From the NCBI GenBank assembly GCA_000004985.1, contig GG738858.1: a stretch of 64,000 nucleotides of DNA; one strand, 5' to 3'. Shown here piece after piece: positions 36,016 through 47,381 of the stretch. Below the pieces are notes generated by a model that saw only the letters and a list, made by a program, of their open reading frames with translations, was not told the DNA's origin and did not search any database. Position numbers and translations under genes: made by a program. Source of the DNA: Naegleria gruberi. Its lineage: Eukaryota. The first letter of the stretch is position 1. Every line of letters begins with the position of its first letter.

Positions 36016-37384
36016 ATGGATACAATTGTTTCACTCATCCTTCAAAGCAAGAAGAAGGATCAATTAGATGATCTCCAAAAGAAGCTTGAAGCTAACATTG
36101 ATAAGTTGAGACAAATGACTGGTCATGTTTCTACAGCCTTGAAAGCTTTGAGACCTGATGAACACGCTATGGGTATTACATATTTACTTTTCGCCAAGGC
36201 TACTCTTCCAAAGCTTGATGAAAGCTTTTTGGTTGAAGTTGAAGGTTTTGTTTCAGCTATGGATGGTGAACAAACTAGAAGAGCCGCTAACAGATTTGTT
36301 TATGTTACTAATAGATATATGGAATTGTGTAGAGATAATAACTTGTCAAGCAGAGGTATTAGAACCCTCCAAGTTGCTGTTCAACGTTTCCGAAAGTCAT
36401 CAGAATTTTTGACTCCTGTCCACAGTCAATTACTCTGTTTGTGTTTGAAGAGTAAGAACTACAAGATCGGATACAATTTAATTGAAAATAAGATCTTTGA
36501 TATTGACACTGATATCACTGGACTTACACCAAGAGATATGTTGTTGTATTATTACTATGGTGGTTTGATCTATATTGGCATGAAGGAATACTCAAAGGCA
36601 TACAATTTTTATGATCTTGTAAGTAGTTGTTTTATTGATCAACAATAGTTTCTAATTTCTTCATACTAAAAAGGCTATGCAAATTCCAGCTCTTGCTTTG
36701 AATGCTATCATGGTTGAAAGTGCCAAGAAACTTGTTTTGGTTTCACTTTTAGTACACGGTAAATATTTGGGTATTTCAAAGAATGCTTCAAACTTGGTTC
36801 ATAGACACATGAAGACATTCTGTTCTCTCTATTTAGATTTTGCTTCTGCTTTTGAACGTAATGATGTCGAAAAGGCTCTCAAGATCATGACTGAAAATGC
36901 TCAAGTTTTCAAGGAAGAAAAGAATTTGGGTTTGATGAAGCAATGTATTTCTGCTCTCAATAGAAGAAATATTCAAAAGCTTACTTCAACATATGTTACT
37001 CTCTCTTTGGTTGATATTGCCAAGGCTGCTCGTTTGAAGGATGCTAAGGAAGCCGAATCTCTCTTGTTCAAGATGATTGATAATGGTCAAATTAATGCTA
37101 GAATTAACCAAGTTGACGGAATGGTTACCTTTGAAGAAGACAGTCAATCATCTAACTTTGTTTCTCCTTTCACAAATCAAACTCTTGATAGAAGTATTCA
37201 AAAGACAGTTGACTTTACCAAACGTCTCAAGAGGATGGATGAAGAAATTTCAACATCATCTGCTTATATTATTCGTTCATTTGGTTTGAGAGAAGAAATG
37301 TTCACAATGGATGCTATGTCTAACAAGAGAGGTGGTGCTGCATCAATTGGTCGTTTGCTTGGATCTTTCGACATGTGGAGATAA
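36016..37384 (+). CDS. CSN3: COP9 signalosome subunit 3 (PCI domain); exons 36016..36618 and 36674..37384
   Basis: MLLYYYYGGLIYIGMKEYSKAYNFYDL|AMQIPALALNAIMVESAKKLVLVSLL... matches human CSN3 ([48 protein letters not shown]); GTAAGT donor, phase 0; TACTAA-like branch site. Confidence 0.85.
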
Positions 37385-37484
37385 ACTCTTAAATGATCTG
37401 AAAATTTGTAAATCTATGTAAACATAAAAAGTCCTGTAATTTTTAACATGATTGATATCTTTTTAAGTTTTGTAATACTAATCA

Positions 37485-39700
37485 TCAGTTGTTTATTTGA
37501 ATTGGCTTTAGATGAATCATCCTGTTTTGTGGGTTGTTATTATTATTCGAAACTGCTGGATCTCTCGGTTTCAAAGCAAACAAGTTTTGTCTTGAACCTT
37601 CTGATGAAGATGGAGGAGATGGATTGTACAAATGATCATTTAAGAAATGATCATACAGTTCTTTTTCCAAATCATCTAAATTATCAGTATTAAGGATTGT
37701 TGACTTCTTAGAGGCTGATTTTCGTCCTGATGTTTTTTCTGATATAATACTAGAATTTACATTTCCCCAATTAGGAGTATATGGATATCCTTGTTGTTGA
37801 TGGCTAAGTTTTGGAAGAGTTTTGATAGGAGATACATTCATCTTTGAGTAAGAAGAATCTGGAACAACTGTAGCTCCTTTGATGGAGTTTCTTAATGTCA
37901 AGTTTGATTTGCTCTTCCTCGTTTTAAGAAATTTTTCACCTGAAGCTCTTGGAGAAATACTAGCTTGTGTATCTTCTTTAACATTTTCAGAGATTGAAGA
38001 TGGTGCCCTTAGTACTTCCTTCTTGGTTCTTTGAATATTTCTATTATCATTTTCCTGGTCAATTATATCATTTTCATAGTTATGTTGTTTAAGAGTTTGT
38101 GGAGGAGAGTCCGTTAGAGGATTGAGTTGTTTCAATTGTTTTGATGGAGTTGGTTTAACTCTTCTATCCGCTATTGAACTAGTATATACAATTTTGCTGA
38201 GATTCACTGGTTTTGTCTGTACAGTTTTTGGTATTGATGGCTTATTGATCGATTCATGCTTATTGAGATCGATCTGAATAGGTTTTCTCTTTTTTTCTAT
38301 TATTTTTTCTGCTCTTGAGCTAGCCCTTGGAGGGGTTGTTGCTTCATCTCTGTCTCTGCCAGATTGCCTAGATTTTCCTCTCTTATTTCCTTGATAAATG
38401 TCACTTTCTTCTGGCATGCCATCTACAAGGTTTCCTGTCATCATTTCACTAGCTTGAATTGGTCGAGTTATTATCTTCTTTTTTCTACTATTTACAGAAT
38501 TTTGTTCGGAATAAGTTATTGTGGATGGTTGGTTTGTTTGTTGGTGCACTAGATTTCCCTTGCTTCCAAAAGTTTGAAGAGATGGTTTTTGGACTCCTCT
38601 TTCCTGAGGAAGATCTTGAGTTGATTCTTGGGTAGTAGGACTTAATACTGGTTCGTTCTTTTCTAAACCCTCAAAGAACTTGTGGTTCATGCAATCTTCT
38701 GCTGTAAATCGATCCTTTGGATCAATTTTCAGACAACCTTTCATAAAAGCTAGCCCTGTTTTAGAGACCTTACCCAAAAACCTTCGTTCCAATCCCTCAC
38801 AAGCAGTCATATCTGGAAACTTGTATCCATTAAACATTGGATTTTTAAAAAACATCTTAGTCTGTTCCTTCGTCAGTGGACCTAGCAGTTTTTGTATCAA
38901 ATATAACTGATCTATTTCAGATTGTCCAGGGAAAATGGGCCTCCCAGTCAATAGCTCAGCTACAAATATTTAAAATTAATTGAAATAATGATAACAACTT
39001 ACCCATAATACACCCTATTGCCCATATATCAACTTCTGGTCCGTAATGTTTACATCCCAGTAGGAGGGAAGGACATCTATACCACCTAGTTGCTATATAG
39101 TCAGTAAATTCAGTATCTTTCTTTGGTATTGTTCTCGCAAATCCAAAGTCAATAAGTTTAAGGTGTTTGTTACTATTAACCATGATATTCTCGAGTTTGA
39201 TATCTCTGTGTATTATTCTATTTTGATGACAATAAGCGATAGCTCTCACCAACTGATGCATATATGTTTTAACTAAGTCCTCACTAAATCCATCAGGCTG
39301 CAGTGATAAGTGTTCCAACATATTCATTTCAAAGAATTCAAATACTAGATGAAGTTTTCCTCTTTTTCGGAAGACATCTTTTAACGTTATAATATTATCG
39401 TGCTTTAAAATCCTCAATAATTTAACTTCTCGCATTGTAGTTTTCTTTACTACCTCATCCTTTTCTATTTAATTTCAATGATATGTTGAAATTTTGGTGA
39501 TATTGGTCTACTTAGTACTGAAACTTACGATCATTTTCCTTGAATTGCTTGATAGCAACATAGTCTCCCGTCTCCTTATCTCTACATTTTAATACCACTC
39601 CATACGTTCCTATAATAATTAAGTTAGAAAAACAACATCATCCTCAAACAATAAATTCCTTACCTTCTCCGATTTTATCAATCACTTCATATCGATTCAT
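37485..39700 (-). CDS. Cyclin-dependent-kinase-like (CDKL) serine/threonine kinase with a long C-terminal tail. Exons 39700..39664, 39609..39529, 39464..39003, 38959..37485
   Basis: Spliced N-terminus MNRYEVIDKIGEG|TYGVVLKCRDKETGDYVAIKQFKENDD|QKDEVVKKTTMREVKLLRILKHDN...HRDIKLENIM...DFGFAR..TDYIATRWYRCPSLLLG..YGPEVDIWAIGCIM|AELLTGRPIFPGQSEIDQLYLIQKLLG is collinear with CDKL1-5. All donors are GTAAG[T/G]. Confidence 0.85.
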
Positions 39701-40076
39701 TTTTTACAGTTTTAGGCGCGAACAATCCAACGAACCCTAAAATTGCTTGGGAAGATTTGCAAACCGTCGACAGAGATTTTGCTCTTTTTTTTCTTATGAA
39801 ACGATTGTCACTAAACATTATTTAGAAAGCATTAGAAAAGCTTTCAAAATTACTAGAATTGAAACTAGAGACTGATTTAAGGTTGGCGTATTGCCTCAAC
39901 ACTCAAATATTCAATGTTTTCCAATAAGAATTGTCTTTCAATTTGGATCTAAGATATCTCACCCTCATGATCTTGGAAATTGTACAGGTTCCCTTTTCCA
40001 AACACGCTCATCAAATATAATAAATAATAATAAAAAATAGCTCTAACAGAGTACGAGGAGAATTTTAGAGAAGAAA

Positions 40077-41111
40077 ATGGGTAATGTCGTTGCTTCGTAT
40101 GTGTTTGCTCCACCAAAACCTACCTATGATGAATCATATCCTTATCCTGTTACATTCTTGACTACAAAGTCAAAGAAGATGATTCCTTGTTATTTCATGA
40201 AGGCTAACAAGGATACAACAACGACAATTATCTATTCTCACGGTAATGCTGCAGATATTGGTGCGATGGTATGTTTATTATTTAGTAGTAACTAATTTTG
40301 AAATGGAATATAATAGTATGATTTTTTGGTTGTTTTAAGAGATCATTTGAATGGTAGGTTATGACGATGATTGGATAATATATAATGATGGAATAATATT
40401 ATTCAGTTAATGTATTGCATTATGAATATGTTGGATATGGTCTTGCAAATCAATACCAACCTTCGGAAAGTGGTACGTAGTTTCAACTGAAATGAACTTG
40501 ATGTACTAACCTTGTCACAACAGACACCTATGAAAGTGCTGAAGCTGCTTATGAGTTTTTGACAAAAGCACAAAATATTCCTCCTAAGGATATTGTAATT
40601 TTCGGAACATCCGTTGGCAGTGGGCCATCATGCTACCTAGCAAGTAAATATCCAGTGAGAGGATTAATTTTGGAATGTCGTAAGTAATTGTGATTTATTT
40701 TGTTTTATTTAATGTCAATATTAAGCATTCGTTTCGTAAGTATTAAGATGAATTATCAATGCCAATTTATAATTAATAGTATTTGCCGTATTGTATCAAC
40801 ATCTGTATTTTTGAGGCCAGTGGACATGTTTGTTAATGTTAATAGAATTCCTAATGTAAATGCTCCTGTAATTAGTAAGTTTATTGGAATTCAGTAATAT
40901 CTAATACAAGAAGTATTCCATGGTACTAAAGATGATGTTGTACCTTATGAACATGGTAAAACATTATTTGAAAATGTACAAAAAAAGTATCAATATAAGT
41001 TTATTACTTTGGAAGGAGGATCTCATCATGATATCATTGAAAGATTGACCCTTAAGACATATATTCAAACATTGAAAACCTATCTTCTCAGTCTGAGTGT
41101 TGACAAGTAAA
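40077..41111 (+). CDS. ABHD17: Alpha/beta-hydrolase ABHD17 (FAM108)-like. Exons 40077..40268, 40317..40353, 40407..40472, 40524..40679, ~40790..40890(?), ~40905..41111; N-myristoylation-type MGNVVAS start
   Basis: YVFAPPKPTY...IIYSHGNAADIGAM|YDFLVVLRDHLNV|NVLHYEYVGYGLANQYQPSES|DTYESAEAAYEFL..IVIFGTSVGSGPS..RGLILEC ... FVNVNRIPNVNAPVI ... FHGTKDDVVPYEHGK. The 37-nt exon 2 was found by homology. The exon 4/5 junction could not be phased with canonical GT-AG. Confidence 0.65.
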
Positions 41112-41119
41112 TAAATTAT

Positions 41120-42859
41120 TTATTCTTCATCTGAATTCAAGTTGATATATTTGTCAACCACAGACTCTGAGAATTGTTTTTCAACGAATTCTTTCATTGG
41201 TGACATGAGAGGAGCCTTAACAATAACATTTTTGCCACTGGTTGGGTGTTGGAAAACTATTTTGTACAAATGGAAGAATATCTTATTTACATTAAGGTTT
41301 TTGGACAAACCAATTGGAATTCTATTGTCTACTTGATCAAAGTAAGGGAAATCACCTAACATGGGAATGCCATTTGTTGCCAGATGTGAACGAACTTGTT
41401 GGACTGAACCTGATGGGATGGACACTGTAGCAAGAGCAATCCTGTTATCCTCATTGAGTTCTAGAACATTGACGACTGTCTTGATATTTCTCAATACTTT
41501 AGTGCTAGGAAGTTCATGGGTACCAGCTCTTTGTAATACCTGAACATTATACTCTGGGTGCATTACAAATTTGAGATCTCCTTCTAGGGTAAGAGTGGTA
41601 TTTTTGGTTGCCTTTTCATACTTTTCTTTCAACATTTCATGTTCCTTTCTCATATCCTTCCATCCACCAGATAAATCCAATGTTTCATGTTCCTCTCCCA
41701 TTCCTTCAAGAAGATCTAATTCTTCATCTCCATCCTCTTCCATATCACCATAGTCATCAACAAATAATTCCTCAGCTTCTCCAAGATTAAGATCAGCAAA
41801 CCTGTCAGGTTTCTTTGAAACTCCAAACGAAGATAAAATATCTTTTTCAGAAAGGTTTGATCCCTCTTCATCATCAGTTGTTTCCTCATCTTCATCAAAT
41901 TCCTCCTTCAAATGATAAAAGGGATTCAATTTCTTCTTTAAGCTATTAATGTTTGGCACAGCACAAACTGTTATATATTGTTTTTGTAAGTTGGTATTTG
42001 GCAAAAATTGTTCACTCAATTTTTGGATTGAATGTGAGTTTTTCCCACAAATAAGAACTCCTGACATTTGTGACTCCATTCTGTGGGCTAAATTAATATT
42101 CAGTGGCAATGTGTTTGTGGTTTGCTTGCTCTTTTTCTTTGATTTTTCTTTTTCTTTTTCTTTAGAAAGTACATAATTTCTAATTGCATAAATCATCGTC
42201 TCAGATTCTGGTTTAGATTTGCTTGAATGAACAGCATACCCAACAGGTTTGTTAACTACTATAACATCCTTGTCTTCATACAGTACATGAATAGGAGCTA
42301 TTGGTCCATCATACATTTCAACATGTTTCATTGGTGTGAGATTTGCTGAAAATGGTCTATTCTCTAAATAAATTTCAATTTGGAGTCCTTTCAATATATC
42401 AGTAAATTTAATAAACTTATTATCTTCATTCAATTTCTTATTATTTGCTTTCACATATCCATTTGATAATAAAAATTGAGCATACTCTCTGCTGATAGGT
42501 ACTGTTTGACTCAATAGTTTATCAACTCTAATTTTCTCTGACAAAATTGGTGAATCTTCTTCCACATCCTCTGTATTTAATACTGAAAATTTAACAGATT
42601 TTTTCCTTCCTTCAATCACATCCTTTTCCGAACACTCCAAATACTTGGTTTTTAAAATTGAAAACACATCCACACCCTTCTTTTTCCTTCTCAAAGATGA
42701 CGAATAATTATTAACTCTCCACTCTGATAGTCCATGTTGTAAGAATCGATAATGATTATATTTTTGTACGGTAGTAGTGGTAGCCCATTGTTGATGATGT
42801 TGAAGAGTTGTGTGCCCTCTGAAAAGCTTGAGAGTTTTATGAAGAGACCTTCCTAGCAT
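41120..42859 (-). CDS. RluA-family RNA pseudouridine synthase (RPUSD-like, probably organellar) with an S4-like N-terminus and an acidic insertion, single exon
   Basis: PIHVLYEDKDVIVVNKPVGYAVH and HRMESQMSGVLICGKNSHSIQKL (HRLD..TSG motif II equivalent); ATG at 42859. Confidence 0.7.
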   Translation of the reverse strand: MLGRSLHKTLKLFRGHTTLQHHQQWATTTTVQKYNHYRFLQHGLSEWRVNNYSSSLRRKKKGVDVFSILKTKYLECSEKDVIEGRKKSVKFSVLNTEDVEEDSPILSEKIRVDKLLSQTVPISREYAQFLLSNGYVKANNKKLNEDNKFIKFTDILKGLQIEIYLENRPFSANLTPMKHVEMYDGPIAPIHVLYEDKDVIVVNKPVGYAVHSSKSKPESETMIYAIRNYVLSKEKEKEKSKKKSKQTTNTLPLNINLAHRMESQMSGVLICGKNSHSIQKLSEQFLPNTNLQKQYITVCAVPNINSLKKKLNPFYHLKEEFDEDEETTDDEEGSNLSEKDILSSFGVSKKPDRFADLNLGEAEELFVDDYGDMEEDGDEELDLLEGMGEEHETLDLSGGWKDMRKEHEMLKEKYEKATKNTTLTLEGDLKFVMHPEYNVQVLQRAGTHELPSTKVLRNIKTVVNVLELNEDNRIALATVSIPSGSVQQVRSHLATNGIPMLGDFPYFDQVDNRIPIGLSKNLNVNKIFFHLYKIVFQHPTSGKNVIVKAPLMSPMKEFVEKQFSESVVDKYINLNSDEE

Positions 42860-42993
42860 TTTTTCTTTTCAAATTCTTTCATGATGATTGCTACTAAATG
42901 CAAAGAGAAACAAGGCTTTGTTTTTGAAATTACACAATTCTCTTCTTTGAAGCTTATTAATACTTTTGGCGGTATTTTCCAATCAGAAAAAAA

Positions 42994-43813
42994 ATGGAAA
43001 GAAGAGAGCAAGTGTTTTCATCGATTGAGTGGTTGAGGGAGGTAAGTTGACTTGATTTACAGTATTGGGGTGGAGAGGAGAATTTAGAGTTTCATATCAT
43101 TGGCTAAATATAAGGAGGAATCAGAGAAACATTCCATCAGAGATGAAGTGGAAAAAGAATACAAGGAAAAAGTAAAGGCTTTGGAAAATACTATTGAGGA
43201 ATTGAAGAAGAGACTTGACGATAAGAATAATGAAATTGATAAATGTGTTGTCTCTTCTAATAGGATGATCGAGACAGAATTGGAGAATCAAAAGCTTAGG
43301 GAAGAGAATAATCTATTGATGGGAAAGCAATCAGAGTATGATAGGGAAATTAAATCAGTGTTGGAATTTTATGAGAGACGATTCATAACAGTGAATGAAG
43401 ATGTTGAAGCTAAACTTTTACATTTCGAGAATAACGTTATTGCTCCACTGATGAATAATGTATCACAAGCCGAAACTAGCCTCAAGAAGGCACTCTCTGT
43501 CGGTCACAAATTGAGATCAGAGAGGAATGACCTTAGACAAAGATGTTCTCAACTCCTCTCACAATTGAGAAGCAGAACAGAGGAGTTGGATAAGCTCCAA
43601 ATGGATCACGATCAAATTCAAACAAGAAATGAAGAGAATTTGCAAAAGGTCAAAATGCAATACGAGCAAAAGATGCTGCAACTCAATACCAAGATTAATG
43701 CTGAGAGAACCTCATACTCCTCAAGTGGCCAAACTGCAATTGAAATGTATAAGAAGAAATTGCAAGCGGCTGAGCTACAGATTAAAGAGCTTAAAAAGGG
43801 TCAAAAGAAATAA
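42994..43813 (+). CDS. Coiled-coil protein (hypothetical); exons 42994..43041 and 43088..43813
   Basis: MERREQVFSSIEWLRE|SFISLAKYKEESEK... ; GTAAGT donor, phase-0 intron of 46 nt; the rest is heptad-rich. Confidence 0.5.
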
Positions 43814-44144
43814 ATGCACACCATCAACAAAGTAAAACAATTCCAAACAAGGTGATATTAATTGGATTACGATAAAAATCTCAATAGTGTTTTAAAGAAA
43901 CTACCACCAGACAATCATTTTCCTCTTTGAGATCCTCTCCATTTTGTTAACAGATTGGGTCCTGAATTGTATCTGTCGACTGTTGTCAGATACCCATGTG
44001 GACAAGTATCCGACAGGTTTGGAAAAATAAAAAAGGTAATATTACAAATTTAACATCTTTGCAAATTGACAGCTCCATAACCGAGCCCTCAAAAATCCAA
44101 ATTTCATGAAGATACTGCAAGCAATTGCTCAATAGGATAAAAAA

Positions 44145-46137
44145 ATGTCTAATAATCAACACGATCCTTCCACAAGCAACATTGAAAATCAAACCAAAGA
44201 CCCACTCCAACATGAAGTTGCATCAACACAACAACCCAGTGTGAGCACGAGTTTAAACTCTCAAAGAAGAGAAACAGAACAGTTGGAAGTCATGCAATTC
44301 TTAGAGATGGAAGATGTCCTCTCAAAGATGGATAAACAAATAGAATTCAACCACTCAACTCTACCTCAGCAGCAACAGCAAACATTTAACAACACTTCAT
44401 CGCAAAATAATTCACACAGACATAGTAAAACAGTTCAACAACAAGAAAACCAAACAACAATACCCATTCAGAAAGGTAGAAAAAAGGAATTTGTAATATC
44501 AACCAGGTGTGGACAGATTCAATTGACTTTCGAGAGGGTACTTTCGTTTTTAATAATGATTCTCACCATATCCATACTATTAGTAATGAGCATTCTTTCC
44601 ACTGGTATTGTAAGTTTCCAGAAAGCGTTTACGCCAAAAGTTAACTTCAAGTCAAGTCGTCTAAAGTCATTTTAAGTCGAAAAAAAAAGTCAATTTACTG
44701 GCAACAAAATCGATTCAAAGTCGATTCACAGACAACTGGCAATCAACTACAATCGATTCAAAGTCGATCCAATTCTTGTTTTAATTGCTTGCACTGCAGT
44801 GGAACTATTATCAAATAGACTTCTAAAGAACTTGGAGAGAAATAAAGGCTAAAGTAAGAAGAATTGACACCAAATTATGCAAATATATCAAAAGAAAATA
44901 AATTGAGTTAATTCTTCTTTCAACTGCAGGTTGGTGTTAGTTGATTTGGGGATCAATCAAAAGTCGTCTGTTTTTAACGTCATCCAAAATCAAGTCAGGT
45001 CGCACCAAGTCGATCAAAAAAGTTAATTTTTTGCGTAAACGCTTTCTGGAAACTTACAATACTATAGTAATCCAATCCAAGACAGAGGATACTTGCTATC
45101 AACATGTTGCTTCATTACTGGTCAACTTGAACGATATCAAAGTTAGTTTTGATATCATGCTAGGCAGTTCACTTTCAAAACAACGATTACTTTCTGAGGT
45201 TAACAGTACAATGAAAGTGGTGAGCAAAGAATTGGATGCTCTGATATTGGACATTCCATCGTACAATAAGGTCAATAACTTATCTAGAGAATCAATCATA
45301 CCAATGCTGAGGAAGAATTTCAATGATTTTCAAACTGTTCAAACCATAATGTTCAATAATGTTGTGAATAATGTTAAAGATTTCAACTTTTACAAGTTCA
45401 ATTACCTTACTCAACTGCAAATACTTGTTAATAGCTTGGGAGATCCATTAATTATTGCTGATAGAGCTGCGTATAATGAAGATGTGTACATGAATTATAG
45501 TGCCGGTGTTAATTTAATTCTAGTTTCGATTACATTACTAATCATTGTTCCAGTAATGGTAATTGTTTTAATTATTACTATTGGAAGAGATAATTTATTT
45601 ATGGATAAGTTGAAAAAAGCAGATGCACATGTTATTATAGAGGTAATGGAAGATGATCGCTTACATATTTTATTTAAGGAATTCTGCAAACTAAATAATC
45701 AATATTCTAAAGTTCTATTTTTGGAGAAGGTAATGTTGTACAAGGAACAATGTGAGAAAGTTTATGATTTGCATGATCAAATCGAATCTCTATCAGATGT
45801 TTCAGGAGGTGAAGCTAGTAAAAGTCTCAGCCATGAGGTTGACATTTTGGAAGCAAAGAAATTCGAATTGGCATTCGAAATCATAACTGAATTCCTTGAT
45901 AATGACAGTGAATCATTCTTGGGAGTGAAATTACTAGGTGGTAAAAGAGATATTGAAAAAGTTAAAAAGACTTTTGATGAAAAATCAATGAATTTACCAG
46001 ACAAACTTTTCAAATCACTCCAAACTAATGTCGCAGTTTACTTGTTACAAACCCACAAACTATTCCAAGCTCAACAACGGAGAAATAGAGAAGAACGTAA
46101 AAAGAATCGTCTGCTAAAACTTCAAAAACACAAATAA
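44145..46137 (+). CDS. Two-TM RGS-domain protein whose coding sequence is interrupted by a 452-bp TIR element. 5' part 44145..44607, 3' part 45061..46137 (RGS domain near the C-terminus). Could be spliced (donor 44610, acceptor 45081) or be a disrupted allele
   Basis: RGS motifs ILFKEFCKLNNQYSKVLFLEKVMLYKEQ ... ELAFEIITEFL...VAVYLLQTHKLF; TM helices FLIMILTISILLVMSILSTG and GVNLILVSITLLIIVPVMVIVLIITIG. Removing 44608..45061 (element plus one TA) fuses ORF 44145..44675 and ORF 44941..46137 in frame (..LSTG-T-IVIQSKTEDTCYQHV..). Confidence 0.6.
44608..45059. mobile_element. Tc1/mariner-Stowaway-like MITE. 27-bp perfect TIRs TTGTAAGTTTCCAGAAAGCGTTTACGC (44608..44634) and GCGTAAACGCTTTCTGGAAACTTACAA (45033..45059), extendable to ~40 bp with 2 mismatches; TA target-site duplications at 44606..44607 and 45060..45061; internal AAGTCG sub-repeats; no ORF
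   Basis: Reverse-complement comparison of 44601..44650 with 45010..45065. The TIR terminus contains the consensus 5' splice site GTAAGT. Confidence 0.6.
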
Positions 46138-46223
46138 ATTCTCAATCCTCAATTCCAACATTCAAAATTAATAAAATTTAAAAAAGAATTAAATTTAAAA
46201 ATCAATCAAAAAAAGAATAAAAA

Positions 46224-47228
46224 ATGGTTCTTTACAAACTCGGAACAACAACCAGCATTTTGAATTTTAAAACAGCCTTGTTCACTAGAATGAAACAATT
46301 CTATGATAGGGCTGTTAGATTCGATATGACAACACCACCAACAACATTACTCTATAAATCTTCATCATCTTCTGTTCGTAATTGGACATTAATCACTGAT
46401 ACAATTTTCGGAGGTAAATCCGATTGTGAATTGAGTAAAACATCAAATGGAACATGTATATTTAAAGGACAATTATATACTCTGACTAATGGTAGAAAAA
46501 TTTTACCATCATTTGCTAGAATGTGGTTTGTGGTAGGTATTATTTCCTTCAATTTATCAAATTAATCAAATATTAATTATTACTGTAATGATTACGAATA
46601 TTTCTAATTTTTAATAATAATTATAAATTTTCATGATTGATTAAATATTTAGTATCCTATTTACCATTTGGATTTATCAGATTATGAAAATGGTGGAATT
46701 AAGATTAAATATCAAACAGATAGACCTGAGGATTTCCAATTTCATTTTGAATTCAATCATTTTGTTGATGATGTCTTTTTCTATGCACCAATTACACCTG
46801 AAAGAGATTATTCACAACAAGGAGATGCCATCTTTTTCAATGGATCTAAAGGATATCAAACTGACAAGATTAGAACATTCCAAGAAACAGATGAAGATGG
46901 TAGAGTTTGGACTGTCTCTACAATTCCATTCACAAGTTTTTATGTCAACTCTATGGGAGATGAAACAAGAGTGAGTGCTATCAGAAAGGCAAAACAAACA
47001 ACAAGTGCTCAAGTTTTTGATATTGTTTCAATAGGACTTGGTATTAGTTCACTGAAAGAGGGATCTTTTTCATTTGAATTAAAATCTATTGAAGCTTTTG
47101 TTGAAACTGACGCTTCTGATGTACCAAATAGTACTTCTCTTTCATCCACACCAGATATTTCTCAACCAATTTCATCTTCAGATACTCAATCCATTCGTTC
47201 TTCCATTTACCACTCGAACTCACAATAA
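46224..47228 (+). CDS. CIA30 (complex I intermediate-associated protein 30 / NDUFAF1-like) domain protein; exons 46224..46532 and 46653..47228
   Basis: W.LITDTIFGGKSDCELSKTSNGTCIFKGQL...GGIKIKYQ pattern is CIA30-like; GTAGGT donor, phase-0 intron of 120 nt joins ..SFARMWFV|YPIYHLDLSDYENGG... Confidence 0.5.
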
Positions 47229-47381
47229 AACATGTGGAGAGAAAAATTAAAAAAAACGCGCCAATATTAAACCAAGGCTTTTTTTTGAAATCAAAAAGGA
47301 ACGTTGGATTACCAATAATTTGGTCAATTTATATATTTGTCATCATTGAACAAACAATAATCATCACAGGATTCCGAGGAA

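Noticed and set aside
44941-45060. N-terminal 40 residues of ORF 44941..46137 (MIWGSIKSRLFLTSSKIKSGRTKS...)
   Set aside because: Its 'M' is a TTG. The stretch is read-through of the right arm of the MITE (AAGTCG sub-repeats, TIR). Real coding resumes at the TA/ACT junction at 45061.
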